From Abditibacteriaceae bacterium (GTDB lineage Bacteria > Armatimonadota > Abditibacteriia > Abditibacteriales > Abditibacteriaceae): 14,184 nucleotides of DNA. How positions within the stretch are numbered: position 1 is the stretch's first letter; every line of letters starts with the position of its first letter. The position numbers and the translations under genes are program-made. The DNA is taken from positions 1 to 14,184 of the forward strand of contig JANPJS010000233.1 in assembly GCA_031425655.1 (NCBI GenBank), read 5' to 3'. The notes under the pieces are model-generated. The model did not search any database. It had not been told where the DNA came from and saw nothing but the letters and a program-made list of their open reading frames with translations. Shown piece after piece: positions 1 through 8,311 of the stretch.

Positions 1-82
1 CCTGCGCGGACTATTTCCTGAGTTTTTAGTCGCCGCAGGGCGACTTTGCCGCGTGGTTGCCGCGAATTTATTCGCCCGGCAA
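1..82. repeat. REP-like palindromic unit (27-82) plus the truncated end of an inverted partner (1-13)
   Basis: Hairpin agtcgcc-gcag-ggcgact (28-45). Second hairpin gcgaa-ttta-ttcgc (62-75), extendable by ttgcc/ggcaa and preceded by GTTG. The reverse complement of 1-13 (tagtccgcgcagg) matches 27-39 (tagtcgccgcagg) at 11/13. Confidence 0.6.
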
Positions 83-126
83 GTTCTTATGCGTTGGCCC
101 CGCCGGGTTTGAGGAGGAACGATTCG

Positions 127-609
127 TTAAAGCGCGCCGCCCGTCTGCCGCGACGAAGGAAGTGCAGGCGAGGCCTCGGTGGCTTCGGAAACCATCGTGT
201 CGGTGCCGGTTTCGCGGTTTTTGGGCGTGCGCCGATCACGCAAACGGTCAATCAGCAGGCGGCGCAAAACCGCCAGATTATTGAAAATGCGCGCCGAAAA
301 AACGACCACGGCGCCGATCATCATAATCGAAATTCGGCTGTCGGCGAAACCGGCTTCCAAGCCCAATCGCTCGCCGATCAAAACCAATCCGGCGGCTAAA
401 AGCGCGTTTACGAAAAAGCCCGAAACGAACACCAAATCGTCGAATTGGTCAGTGAGCCAGGCGCGCCAGCCGCCCAAAACCGTATCGAAGCCGGCTAACA
501 ACGCGATGGCGGTATAAGGCGCCATCGCTTCGTTTAACGAGTAACCCTTCAAGGGCATCCAGAAGAGCAAAAATCCGGCGGCTAAAGCGAAAAGAGGAAG
601 AAGAAACAT
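127..609 (-). CDS. sbp: Small basic membrane protein, Sbp/DUF1290 family
   Basis: Hydrophobic protein with family-like segments PYTAIALLAGFDTVLGGWRA, FDDLVFVSGFFVNALLA and RIFNNLAVLRR. Lies downstream of ftsQ and DUF881, as in the B. subtilis divIB-ylxW-ylxX-sbp cluster. Starts 2 nt after the DUF881 stop. Confidence 0.88.
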   Translation of the reverse strand: MFLLPLFALAAGFLLFWMPLKGYSLNEAMAPYTAIALLAGFDTVLGGWRAWLTDQFDDLVFVSGFFVNALLAAGLVLIGERLGLEAGFADSRISIMMIGAVVVFSARIFNNLAVLRRLLIDRLRDRRTPKNRETGTDTMVSEATEASPALPSSRQTGGAL

Positions 610-611
610 GA

Positions 612-1439
612 TTAGCGCGCCGCGATTCGGGGATTGTCTTCGGCAGCTTTGGCATCGCTGAACGTAGGAATGCCTTCCATCGCCGGCAATTTCAAGTTCC
701 GTGACGGCGCGATTTTAACACCTAATGTTTGCTGCTTGAGGTTGTAAATAATGCCGCCCGGCGTTTCCAGAGCGTTTTTCAGCGTCGTGGAATTGCCAAT
801 CGCCGCGATGGTAAACGGCGCCGCGCACGATTTGAAATTCACATAGATCGTCGGGCCGACGCAGCGAATCGGCGTGTAGCCGGTGATGCGAATCCAGCCG
901 CCGCCCGCGCCTTTGATGGCTACGGCTTCGGCTTTGGCCGATAAAAGCTCGTGGACGGTTTGCTGCAAATCGAAATCATGCACGATGCCCGGCAAAAACG
1001 CGCCGCCGCCCGCCTGCGCCGCTTGCGGATTATCGGTCAGCGTGATTGTCACGCCTTGTCCCATAACCGGCGTTAGACCGGCGACCAATCGTAAATCTTG
1101 AAGTTGGCTATTGAGCTGCTTGACCATTGCAGGCGAGACATAGCCTTTCGTGCTCTTCTTCCAAGTCGCTAATTGAAGCTGAAGCTGCGCGAATTTTGCG
1201 GCGTTTTCGCGCTCTTTCGCTTGCATTTTGAGCAAAAGTGCGGCTTGATCTTGTGCGCCGCGCTCTTCAAGCACCGAGTTCTTATGCGACTGCTCGACGG
1301 CGCGCAGTTGCATCGCCATCAAGCCGCCGAAAAGGAAGCAAATGCCGGTTAGCGACCAAATCCAGGGACGATGCGCCGTCGGGGCCGGGGAAGCCGGGAC
1401 GGGGGACGAATGAAGCGGATGCGGGGCAAGGCTGCTCAT
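612..1439 (-). CDS. DUF881 family membrane-anchored protein (YlxW/YlxX-like)
   Basis: N-terminal TM helix, coiled coil, then AGLTPVMGQGVTITLTD, IVHDFDLQQTVHELLSAKAEAVAI, IRCVGPTIYVN and APFTIAAIG. GGAGA SD-like motif upstream of the ATG. Confidence 0.9.
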   Translation of the reverse strand: MSSLAPHPLHSSPVPASPAPTAHRPWIWSLTGICFLFGGLMAMQLRAVEQSHKNSVLEERGAQDQAALLLKMQAKERENAAKFAQLQLQLATWKKSTKGYVSPAMVKQLNSQLQDLRLVAGLTPVMGQGVTITLTDNPQAAQAGGGAFLPGIVHDFDLQQTVHELLSAKAEAVAIKGAGGGWIRITGYTPIRCVGPTIYVNFKSCAAPFTIAAIGNSTTLKNALETPGGIIYNLKQQTLGVKIAPSRNLKLPAMEGIPTFSDAKAAEDNPRIAAR

Positions 1440-1526
1440 GATTTCTCCGACACAAATGAATTGACAATTAGCGTAACAAAACCACGTTAAATGCGGTGTG
1501 CCGACGCGCGCTTATTTTTTGCGTTC

Positions 1527-1623
1527 CAGACGGCAGACAAGGAGACACGGAATGAGGAGTTTAAGAGGCAGAAGAGAGCGATGGAGACGCATTATGACTC
1601 CCTGTCTCCTGACTCCGTGTCTC
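1527..1623. repeat. Intergenic inverted repeat with ~7-mer tandem arms (GGAGACA-type)
   Basis: gagacacggaatgaggag (1542-1559) pairs with ctcctgactccgtgtctc (1606-1623) at 16/18. Arms are built of GAGAC/GGAGT-like and TGACTC/TGTCTC-like units. Confidence 0.75.
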
Positions 1624-1626
1624 GAA

Positions 1627-2847
1627 TCACACCGGATGTTCGTTTTCGCCGCTTCTCGAAGGTGTTTTTGCTTGGCGGCGCGGCGTCCAGATCGGGCGCT
1701 TATACGAAACCAGATTCAACACTTCGGCGCGGCGGCCTGTTGCCTCGAACCATTGCAAGGCGGCGCGGGCGCGCTGTAATTTCTTGTTCCACGGCCCGGT
1801 GCCCAGATGAACCAGAACGCGGTCGCCGGGCGCCGCTGTGGGTGCGCTGTCGGCCAAACGCAGCGATGCGAAGCCGTGCGGATCGAAATAGATTGCGCGC
1901 AAAGCCCAATTGTGGCCTTGTTTGGTGTCATCGGCCAGCGCCCCGGCGAATTCGACCACGCTTTGCCATTGCTCTTTGGGCAAAGGCTTGCCGACTTCGG
2001 GCGTTAAAGCGCGGCTGCTGATGGCGTAAAGTTCGGCATCGGCAGTTGTGGCGCGGCGAAACGGCACGCCGTCCGTGTCAACAATCCACCAATCGTTGCC
2101 GGTGCCCACACGCGCGAACGGCTGGCGCTCGACGATATTGACGTGCAAACGCGGCGGCCAATCGAGTTCGCGGCGCACCGCTGCCGATTTTACCATCGGC
2201 AATTGCGTGAGTTTGGTTACGCAGGGCGTAGTTACGGCGCGCAGCCAATTTTGCCCGACGAGTTGCGCCGTGGCATCGGCCAGAACATCGGGCGGCGTGA
2301 GCGGCGCTTCGTCGCTGGTGACTTCTTGAACGGCGAACTGTGGCGCCGTTAATGCGGCCAAGCCCAATTCGCCCAGCGCCAGCAGTGCCAGAACGCCGGC
2401 AATGCGCCGCAAATGGCGCCAGACAGGCATCGCTCGTTTGGCGCGGCGCGGCTTTGGCTTACGCTGCTGCGTGCTTTGCTGGCGAAGGCGGGCGCGTTTG
2501 GCCATCAAGCGCAACTGGCGGCGAGTCAGCCTGCGCCCGCGCCGCTTTGCGCATTCCTGCGCGATTTTCGACCATTCTTCTTCGCTCCACGGCAGGTCGG
2601 GGCCAAGCGAGAGCGCTTCCGGCGCGGATTTTTGTTCCGGCCAGCGATGCGCGGCCTGGGAGGTTTGCGAATCGGCGCGGCGCGGCCTGTGGCGCTCGCC
2701 GTGTGGCTGCGGCGGCGTGTGGCGGTCGGCCCAACGCGCAGAACGCGGCGTGTTTTCAACGGCGATGGGAGGGGAGTCGGAGGTTTCCGGCGGTTGTTGC
2801 GGTGCGCGCGAGGAACGGTGATGCGAATTGGGGCGATGTGGCGTCAT
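1627..2847 (-). CDS. ftsQ: Cell division protein FtsQ/DivIB (POTRA domain) with a long N-terminal extension
   Basis: Single TM helix, then APQFAVQEV, LPMVKSAAVRRELDWPPRLHVNIVERQPFA and WWIVDTDGVPF. Follows ddl. Start placed at ATG 2847 because AAGGAGG (2858-2852) precedes it, although the ORF is open to 2913. Confidence 0.88.
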   Translation of the reverse strand: MTPHRPNSHHRSSRAPQQPPETSDSPPIAVENTPRSARWADRHTPPQPHGERHRPRRADSQTSQAAHRWPEQKSAPEALSLGPDLPWSEEEWSKIAQECAKRRGRRLTRRQLRLMAKRARLRQQSTQQRKPKPRRAKRAMPVWRHLRRIAGVLALLALGELGLAALTAPQFAVQEVTSDEAPLTPPDVLADATAQLVGQNWLRAVTTPCVTKLTQLPMVKSAAVRRELDWPPRLHVNIVERQPFARVGTGNDWWIVDTDGVPFRRATTADAELYAISSRALTPEVGKPLPKEQWQSVVEFAGALADDTKQGHNWALRAIYFDPHGFASLRLADSAPTAAPGDRVLVHLGTGPWNKKLQRARAALQWFEATGRRAEVLNLVSYKRPIWTPRRQAKTPSRSGENEHPV

Positions 2848-2967
2848 GACGCCTCCTTGCTGCGATGTAGGCTGTGATGGTGCGAGTGTTCTTATTTTAG
2901 CGTGTGACGCCACGCTCTGTAATGGTAAAAGCGGTCTATTTTAGGATTTTTTCACTGTAAATCGGCC

Positions 2968-3966
2968 TTAAAACCGCTTTAGCGCGGCTTCGATGAGAAT
3001 TTTCAGCAATTGTGGGAATTCAATGCCGACGGCGCGGGCCGCATCGGGCACCAGACTGGTGGCGGTCATGCCGGGCAAAGTATTGATTTCCAAGAAATAC
3101 GGCACGCCGTTTCTCACCATAAAGTCAGCGCGAGCCAGGCCGCGACAGCCCAGCGCGCGATAAATGGATAAAGCGTGATTCGAGGCTGCATCCACGGCAT
3201 TTTGCGGCAGGCGTGGCGGTATTAAATGGCGCGAGCCGCCGTGTGCGTATTTCGCCTCGAAATCGTAAAAGCCGTCGCCCAATTCGGGCACGATTTCGAT
3301 AGCCGGCAGCGAACGCGCGCTTTGGCCTTCGCCCAAAACGGTGCAGGTGATTTCGGCGCCTTCAATAAATTCTTCGATGAGCGCGCCGTTGCCGTCTTGC
3401 AGAGCGGCCTCGACCGCCTGCGAAAGCACTTGTTTGTCGCCGTCCCAATCGCGCAAAATCGTCACGCCGACCGATGAGCCGCCGCCGCGCGGTTTGACGA
3501 CACACGGCCCCTCGAAGGGCAAGCCTTTTTCTAAATCTGCCGCTGCATCCACGCTGAGGCCGCGCGCTGTGGGAATCTCCAACTCGCGCGCGAGAGCTTT
3601 CGTCCACTGCTTGTTCATGGCAAGCGCGCAGGCTTGCGCCCCGGAGCCGGTATAGGGAATTTTGGCGACTTCGAGCAAGGTTTGCAGAGTGCCGTCTTCG
3701 CCCCAGCCGCCATGCAAAGTCGGCAGAGCCACATCGCAGCGATTTTGCAGCGTTGTGGCTAAATCAACCCACGTTACGGGAACGCACGAGTTGACGAAGT
3801 GGTATTCGCCGTTGTGCGCCGCGTGCGTGTCCGGCGAAGCGACATCGAAAACCGTCACGGCATAATTTTGCAAGGCACTTTCGACGGAAAGCGCGCTGGA
3901 AAGAGCAACTGAACGCTCAGAGGAATCGCCGCCGGTGAGCAGCGCGACGCGAAGTGAAGAAGTCAT
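2968..3966 (-). CDS. ddl: D-alanine--D-alanine ligase
   Basis: GGDSSERSVALSS, LHGGWGEDG, VVKPRGGGSSVG, FYDFEAKY and LEINTLPGMT. The Tyr in KY is typical of D-Ala-D-Ala rather than D-Ala-D-Lac ligases. Confidence 0.97.
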   Translation of the reverse strand: MTSSLRVALLTGGDSSERSVALSSALSVESALQNYAVTVFDVASPDTHAAHNGEYHFVNSCVPVTWVDLATTLQNRCDVALPTLHGGWGEDGTLQTLLEVAKIPYTGSGAQACALAMNKQWTKALARELEIPTARGLSVDAAADLEKGLPFEGPCVVKPRGGGSSVGVTILRDWDGDKQVLSQAVEAALQDGNGALIEEFIEGAEITCTVLGEGQSARSLPAIEIVPELGDGFYDFEAKYAHGGSRHLIPPRLPQNAVDAASNHALSIYRALGCRGLARADFMVRNGVPYFLEINTLPGMTATSLVPDAARAVGIEFPQLLKILIEAALKRF

Positions 3967-4004
3967 AAAAAATCACAGAAACGCAAAAGCGTTTCTGTGA
4001 TTTT
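3967..4004 (-). terminator. Intrinsic terminator-like hairpin between murB and ddl
   Basis: Perfect 16-bp inverted repeat aaaatcacagaaacgc-aaaa-gcgtttctgtgatttt (3969-4004). On the minus strand it gives a stem plus a U6 tract. Confidence 0.7.
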
Positions 4005-4041
4005 AGTGCATCGTTAACGCAGGCGAAACCTGCTCGGAGAA

Positions 4042-5037
4042 TTAATGCAGCAAGCGCGCTTCGCGTTCCAATCGCACGCCGGCTTCGCGCCAAGCGATTT
4101 CCTCAATGGATGTCATCAGGGCCAGTATGTCTTCGCTGGTGGCGCCGCCGAGATTGACGATAAAGTTGGCGTGAACCTCGCTGATGGCCGCCTGACCCGA
4201 CGAATGACCCTTTAAACCCAACTTTTCGATCAGTTCGCCCGCGCCGCGACAACCGGCCAGAGGGCCGCCATCAATGCAGAGATTTTTCCAAACGCATCCC
4301 GCCGAGGGCGCGTTGACCGGCTGCGTTTCACGGCGCCGCTTCAACAATTGTAAAGTGGCTTCCTTGTGCGCTTTGGCGTGTTCAGGTGTAAGAGTTCGCA
4401 ATGCGAAAGTCGCTTCGGTCACGATCAATTCGCCAAGCGACGAGCGCCGATACGAAAACTGAATTTCATCGCGGCGCAGAAAATGGCGATTGCCGTCGCG
4501 GTCAAAAGCAATCAGCGATTCCAAGTCGGCGGCGGCATCGCGCGATTCAAAATCGGTGCCGTTGAAACCGCGTGCCCCGGCATTGCCCCACAGCGAGCCG
4601 CCGACCGTGCCGGGAATGCCGCACGCCCACTCGAAGTTGCCGAGCAGGTTTTGGTTGGCAATATGCGTTAATCGGGGCAGCATCATAGCGCCGCCGGTGA
4701 TTAAACGATGGCCTTCGACATGATGCCACGCGAAGCCGCTGCCTAATTTCAGCGCCATGCCGTTTACGCCGTCGTCGCCGATAATCAAATTCGAGCCGGC
4801 GCCAAGCATTTGCAGCGGCACGCCGGAATTGCGAACGGCGCTCAGCACGGCACGCAATTCGTCTTCGTTATGGGGTTCGGCCCACCAATCTGCCGAACCT
4901 CCGACGCGCATTGAAGTGAAAGAAGCCAACGGCTGATCGCGCCGGGCCAAACCGTCGCGTTCCAAAGCCAAAAGCGCCTCGGCCACGGCTTCGTTGGTTG
5001 TATGCTTCAACTCGTCGAGCATTATTGAAAATAGCAT
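4042..5037 (-). CDS. murB: UDP-N-acetylenolpyruvoylglucosamine reductase
   Basis: LASFTSMRVGGSAD, LGAGSNLII, GIPGTVGG, FSYRRS, QPxxxPSAG, SEVHANFIVN and GVRLEREA. The true start may be ATG 5022. Confidence 0.96.
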   Translation of the reverse strand: MLFSIMLDELKHTTNEAVAEALLALERDGLARRDQPLASFTSMRVGGSADWWAEPHNEDELRAVLSAVRNSGVPLQMLGAGSNLIIGDDGVNGMALKLGSGFAWHHVEGHRLITGGAMMLPRLTHIANQNLLGNFEWACGIPGTVGGSLWGNAGARGFNGTDFESRDAAADLESLIAFDRDGNRHFLRRDEIQFSYRRSSLGELIVTEATFALRTLTPEHAKAHKEATLQLLKRRRETQPVNAPSAGCVWKNLCIDGGPLAGCRGAGELIEKLGLKGHSSGQAAISEVHANFIVNLGGATSEDILALMTSIEEIAWREAGVRLEREARLLH

Positions 5038-5058
5038 TGCGATTCCACGTCTTTTGGG

Positions 5059-6522
5059 TCAGTCTTGCGGCATTTTTAATTCCTGCAACAACTGCGGCCC
5101 CAACTTGGTAATGTCACCGGCGCCCATTGTGAAAAGCGCATCGCCGGGCCGCACGGCTTCCAACGCCAGACGTTTGGCTTCGGTCAATGTTTCCGCGTAA
5201 AAAACCGGCTTGCCGGGCAGTGACTCTTTCACTGCGTTGTAAACGATTTGGCCACTTACGCCCTCAATCGGTTCTTCAAATGCGGAATAAAGCTGAGTTA
5301 TGATCACAATATCTGCCGCAGCGAATGCCGGACCGAATTGCGCGCCCAGTTGTGCCGTGCGCGAATAACGATGCGGTTGAAAAATCACAACGAGGCGTCG
5401 TCCCAAAAAATCGCGCGCCGCTTCGAGCGTTTTTTCGACTTCGGTCGGATGATGCCCATAATCGTCATAAACCAAAACACCGCCGGCTTCGCCCTTTAAT
5501 TCAAAGCGCCGCCCGATGCCGCCAAACGATTCGAGAGCTTTGGCGGCGTCCTGTGGCTGAATTTCATTCGGCCAGACGGCAGTTATCGCCGCCAGAGCGT
5601 TGGAAACATTGTGCGTGCCGGCAACGCTCAACGCGAAATCTCCGGCGTAACTTCGGGTGCCGGTCGCCTCTTGGTGATGACCCGCGCAGCAAAGCCCGTA
5701 AGTGGTGTTTCCGATCTTCGGCGTGACGTGCGAAGCCCACACGCACGGATTGACGCCGACATTCGTTGAATAGAAAAGCGTGTTATCGGTGCCCAGACGC
5801 CTCAGTTCGGTGTCGTCTTCATTCAGCACGACTTCGCTTTTCGCTTGCGCCGCAAACTGCGCGAACGCTTCCCACAATCGCTCTTCGCTTTCGTCGTAAT
5901 TTTCCAGATGCTCGGCTTCGACGTTGAGAATAACCGAAATCGTGGGATGCAAAAGCGTAAACGAGCCGTCGGATTCGTCGGCTTCGACGACGACTAAATC
6001 GGGGTCGCCCAGATGCACATTCGAGCCAAAAGGCGGATAAACCGCGCCTAAAATCGCCGTTGGATTGAGGTCGAGCTTCCACAAAATGTGCGCGATCATC
6101 GCGCTTGTCGTGCTTTTGCCGTGCGTGCCGGAAACCGCGATGGAATGCTTGGCCGTGTTGACGAAATAAGCCAAAAGCTGCGCGCGGTGATGTTGCGGGA
6201 TGCTTCGCGTTTGAGCAGCGGCGCGTTCGGAATTGGATTCGGCCACTGCCGACGAGAAAATGACGGCTTCGGCGGGCGCTCCGAGCAAATCGAGGTTGGC
6301 TTCGCGTTGGCCGATGGCCACGACGATGCCTAAATCACGTAATTCTTGCAATTGCGCGCCGTCGTTGACATCTGAGCCGCTGATAATATGGCCGCGCGCG
6401 ACTAAAGCCCGCGCTAATGCGCTCATGCCAATGCCGCCGATGCCGATAAAATGAACGCGGCGCGGATAATCGAAAAAATGGGGGAAAAGCGGAGGAAGGT
6501 TTGCGAAGTCGCGCCAGCGCAT
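5059..6522 (-). CDS. murC: UDP-N-acetylmuramate--L-alanine ligase
   Basis: HFIGIGGIGMSALA, GTHGKSTT, VEADESDGSF, DDYGHHPTE, FQPHRYSRT and TMGAGDI. Start placed at ATG 6522 (TAAAAT-N7-ATG), although the ORF is open to 6540. Confidence 0.97.
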   Translation of the reverse strand: MRWRDFANLPPLFPHFFDYPRRVHFIGIGGIGMSALARALVARGHIISGSDVNDGAQLQELRDLGIVVAIGQREANLDLLGAPAEAVIFSSAVAESNSERAAAQTRSIPQHHRAQLLAYFVNTAKHSIAVSGTHGKSTTSAMIAHILWKLDLNPTAILGAVYPPFGSNVHLGDPDLVVVEADESDGSFTLLHPTISVILNVEAEHLENYDESEERLWEAFAQFAAQAKSEVVLNEDDTELRRLGTDNTLFYSTNVGVNPCVWASHVTPKIGNTTYGLCCAGHHQEATGTRSYAGDFALSVAGTHNVSNALAAITAVWPNEIQPQDAAKALESFGGIGRRFELKGEAGGVLVYDDYGHHPTEVEKTLEAARDFLGRRLVVIFQPHRYSRTAQLGAQFGPAFAAADIVIITQLYSAFEEPIEGVSGQIVYNAVKESLPGKPVFYAETLTEAKRLALEAVRPGDALFTMGAGDITKLGPQLLQELKMPQD

Positions 6523-6655
6523 GGCTGCGATTTTAACCATTATTGTGCGCTCGCAACAAGAGGGCGCGATGTTATCACTGTAACCATTTTCGTGTCACGG
6601 GGCTTCTAAGTAGACTTCATGCGCGCCGCCCGCCGTCGAGGAGGTCAGGAACACT

Positions 6656-7567
6656 TTGCAATCGCCAGCTAAGTTATCGCCCGCAAAACCACTGGATCGT
6701 TTGTTCGGTGCGGTTGAACGCGCGCCGCGCATGGCGTTGGTGGCGATGGGGCTTATGGTGGTTTATCTCACCGGCTACCTCGATTATCTCAGTGCTCAAG
6801 ACTTTTCTCCGCAAATTCTTTATCTGATCCCGGTTGGTGTTGTGTCATGGTGCGCGGGACGCAGCGAAGGCTATTTAGTCGCGGTTAACTGCGGTTTAGC
6901 GCGTCTGACGGTGGATTGGGCAAGTCTGCGCAGCGATGCGCTGGGTTTGGTGCCACAATGGAATGCGGCTTCGTTTTACGTCATCGCGATGACGTTTGCG
7001 CATTTGTTGTCGTCTCTGCGTCAGCGTCTTTCTCACGAGCAGGAATTGGCGCGCACCGATTCGCTGACCGGCATTTGCAACTCGCGCTCGTTCATTGAGC
7101 GCGCCGAAATCGAAATCGAAAGGGCACGCCGTCGCGGCTATTTCTTCGCCGTAGCCTACATAGATTGCGACAACTTCAAGCAGGTTAACGACCGCTTAGG
7201 CCATGCAGTCGGCGATGAACTGCTGCAAATGGTTGCGCAAAATATAAAAGACGGCGCACGCTCTTTTGATTTGGTGGCGCGTTTGGGCGGCGACGAATTC
7301 GCTCTGCTTTTGCCCGAAGTCAGCAGCGATCAGGCGCTCGCCGTGATGGAACGTTTGCGCGAGGGTTTGATGAAAGCCATGAGCGAACGCGCTTGGCCTG
7401 TGACCTTCAGCATCGGCGTGGCAGTTTTTGAAAAGCCGCCGGCTTCGGTCACGGAAATGCTGCGCCAAGCCGATGAAGTGATGTATATGGCCAAAAACGC
7501 CGGCAAAAATCAAATCAGCCGCCTTTCTCTGCCCTTATCTTCAAACGCCGCGCCGAATTCGTTATAA
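6656..7567 (+). CDS. Membrane-bound diguanylate cyclase (GGDEF domain)
   Basis: About 4 N-terminal TM segments, then ARTDSLTG, DCDNFKQVNDRLGHAVGD and an intact RLGGDEF, with RxxD I-site (RSFD) 5 residues upstream. GAGGAGG lies upstream of the TTG start, which is uncertain. Confidence 0.93.
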   Translation: MQSPAKLSPAKPLDRLFGAVERAPRMALVAMGLMVVYLTGYLDYLSAQDFSPQILYLIPVGVVSWCAGRSEGYLVAVNCGLARLTVDWASLRSDALGLVPQWNAASFYVIAMTFAHLLSSLRQRLSHEQELARTDSLTGICNSRSFIERAEIEIERARRRGYFFAVAYIDCDNFKQVNDRLGHAVGDELLQMVAQNIKDGARSFDLVARLGGDEFALLLPEVSSDQALAVMERLREGLMKAMSERAWPVTFSIGVAVFEKPPASVTEMLRQADEVMYMAKNAGKNQISRLSLPLSSNAAPNSL

Positions 7568-7572
7568 ATTCC

Positions 7573-8244
7573 ATGAAAAAAGCGGTTGCTATTGTCAGCG
7601 GCGGACTCGATTCCGTGACGCTGGCGTATCTTTTGAAATCCGAAGGCTGGGATTTGCATCTTTTGGCCTTCGACTACGGACAGCGCCACAAATGCGAACT
7701 TGAATTTGCGCGCCGCGCTGCCCAGTCCTTGCAAGCGCGCTTTGACTTAATAGATATTTCCGCTGCCGGACGCTTGTTAGGCGGCTCGGCGCTCACCGAT
7801 GCAAGCATTGCGGTGCCGCATGGTCATTACGCGGCGCCGAGCATGGCGATCACCATCGTGCCCAATCGCAACGCGATATTCCTTACGGTCGCTTACGGCG
7901 CGGCGGTCGCCGAGAATGCGGAAATCGTTGCCACAGCGGTGCATGGCGGCGACCACTTCGTGTATCCCGATTGCCGTCCGCAATTCATCGCGGCCTTCGA
8001 TGCGATGCAAAAAGCTGCCGTCGCGGGCTGCGGCCATCCAGATTTGCGTTTGCACGCGCCGTTCGCGCAGAAATTCAAGCACGACATCGTAGCGCTGGGC
8101 GCCCGCTTAGGCGTGCCGTTTTCGCAAACCTGGTCATGTTACGAAGGCGGCGAAATTCACTGCGGACGTTGTGGAACTTGCGTTGAGAGAAAAGAATCAT
8201 TCATTTTATCGGGCATTTGCGACCCGACGATTTATCAAGAATAA
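7573..8244 (+). CDS. queC: 7-cyano-7-deazaguanine synthase
   Basis: SGGLDS PP-loop, FDYGQRH, VPNRN, YPDCR and C-terminal Zn motif TWSCYEGGEIHCGRCGTCVER. Confidence 0.97.
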   Translation: MKKAVAIVSGGLDSVTLAYLLKSEGWDLHLLAFDYGQRHKCELEFARRAAQSLQARFDLIDISAAGRLLGGSALTDASIAVPHGHYAAPSMAITIVPNRNAIFLTVAYGAAVAENAEIVATAVHGGDHFVYPDCRPQFIAAFDAMQKAAVAGCGHPDLRLHAPFAQKFKHDIVALGARLGVPFSQTWSCYEGGEIHCGRCGTCVERKESFILSGICDPTIYQE

Positions 8245-8250
8245 AATAGC

Positions 8251-8288
8251 AAAAAGCGCCGGGAGAAATTGATCTCTCGGCGCTTTTG
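8251..8288. terminator. Bidirectional intrinsic terminator between convergent queC and the F5/8C gene
   Basis: aaaagcgccgggaga (8252-8266) pairs with tctctcggcgctttt (8273-8287) with one G-U. A- and T-tracts flank the stem. Confidence 0.85.
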
Positions 8289-8311
8289 CGTGGTAACGAA
8301 GTGAGCGAGGC

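Noticed and set aside
1461..1490. TTGACA as the -35 of a promoter antisense to ftsQ
   Set aside because: No acceptable -10 at 16-18 nt spacing.
1491..2877. Several plus-strand ORFs opposite ftsQ
   Set aside because: Arg/Ala-rich shadow frames with no RBS or motif.
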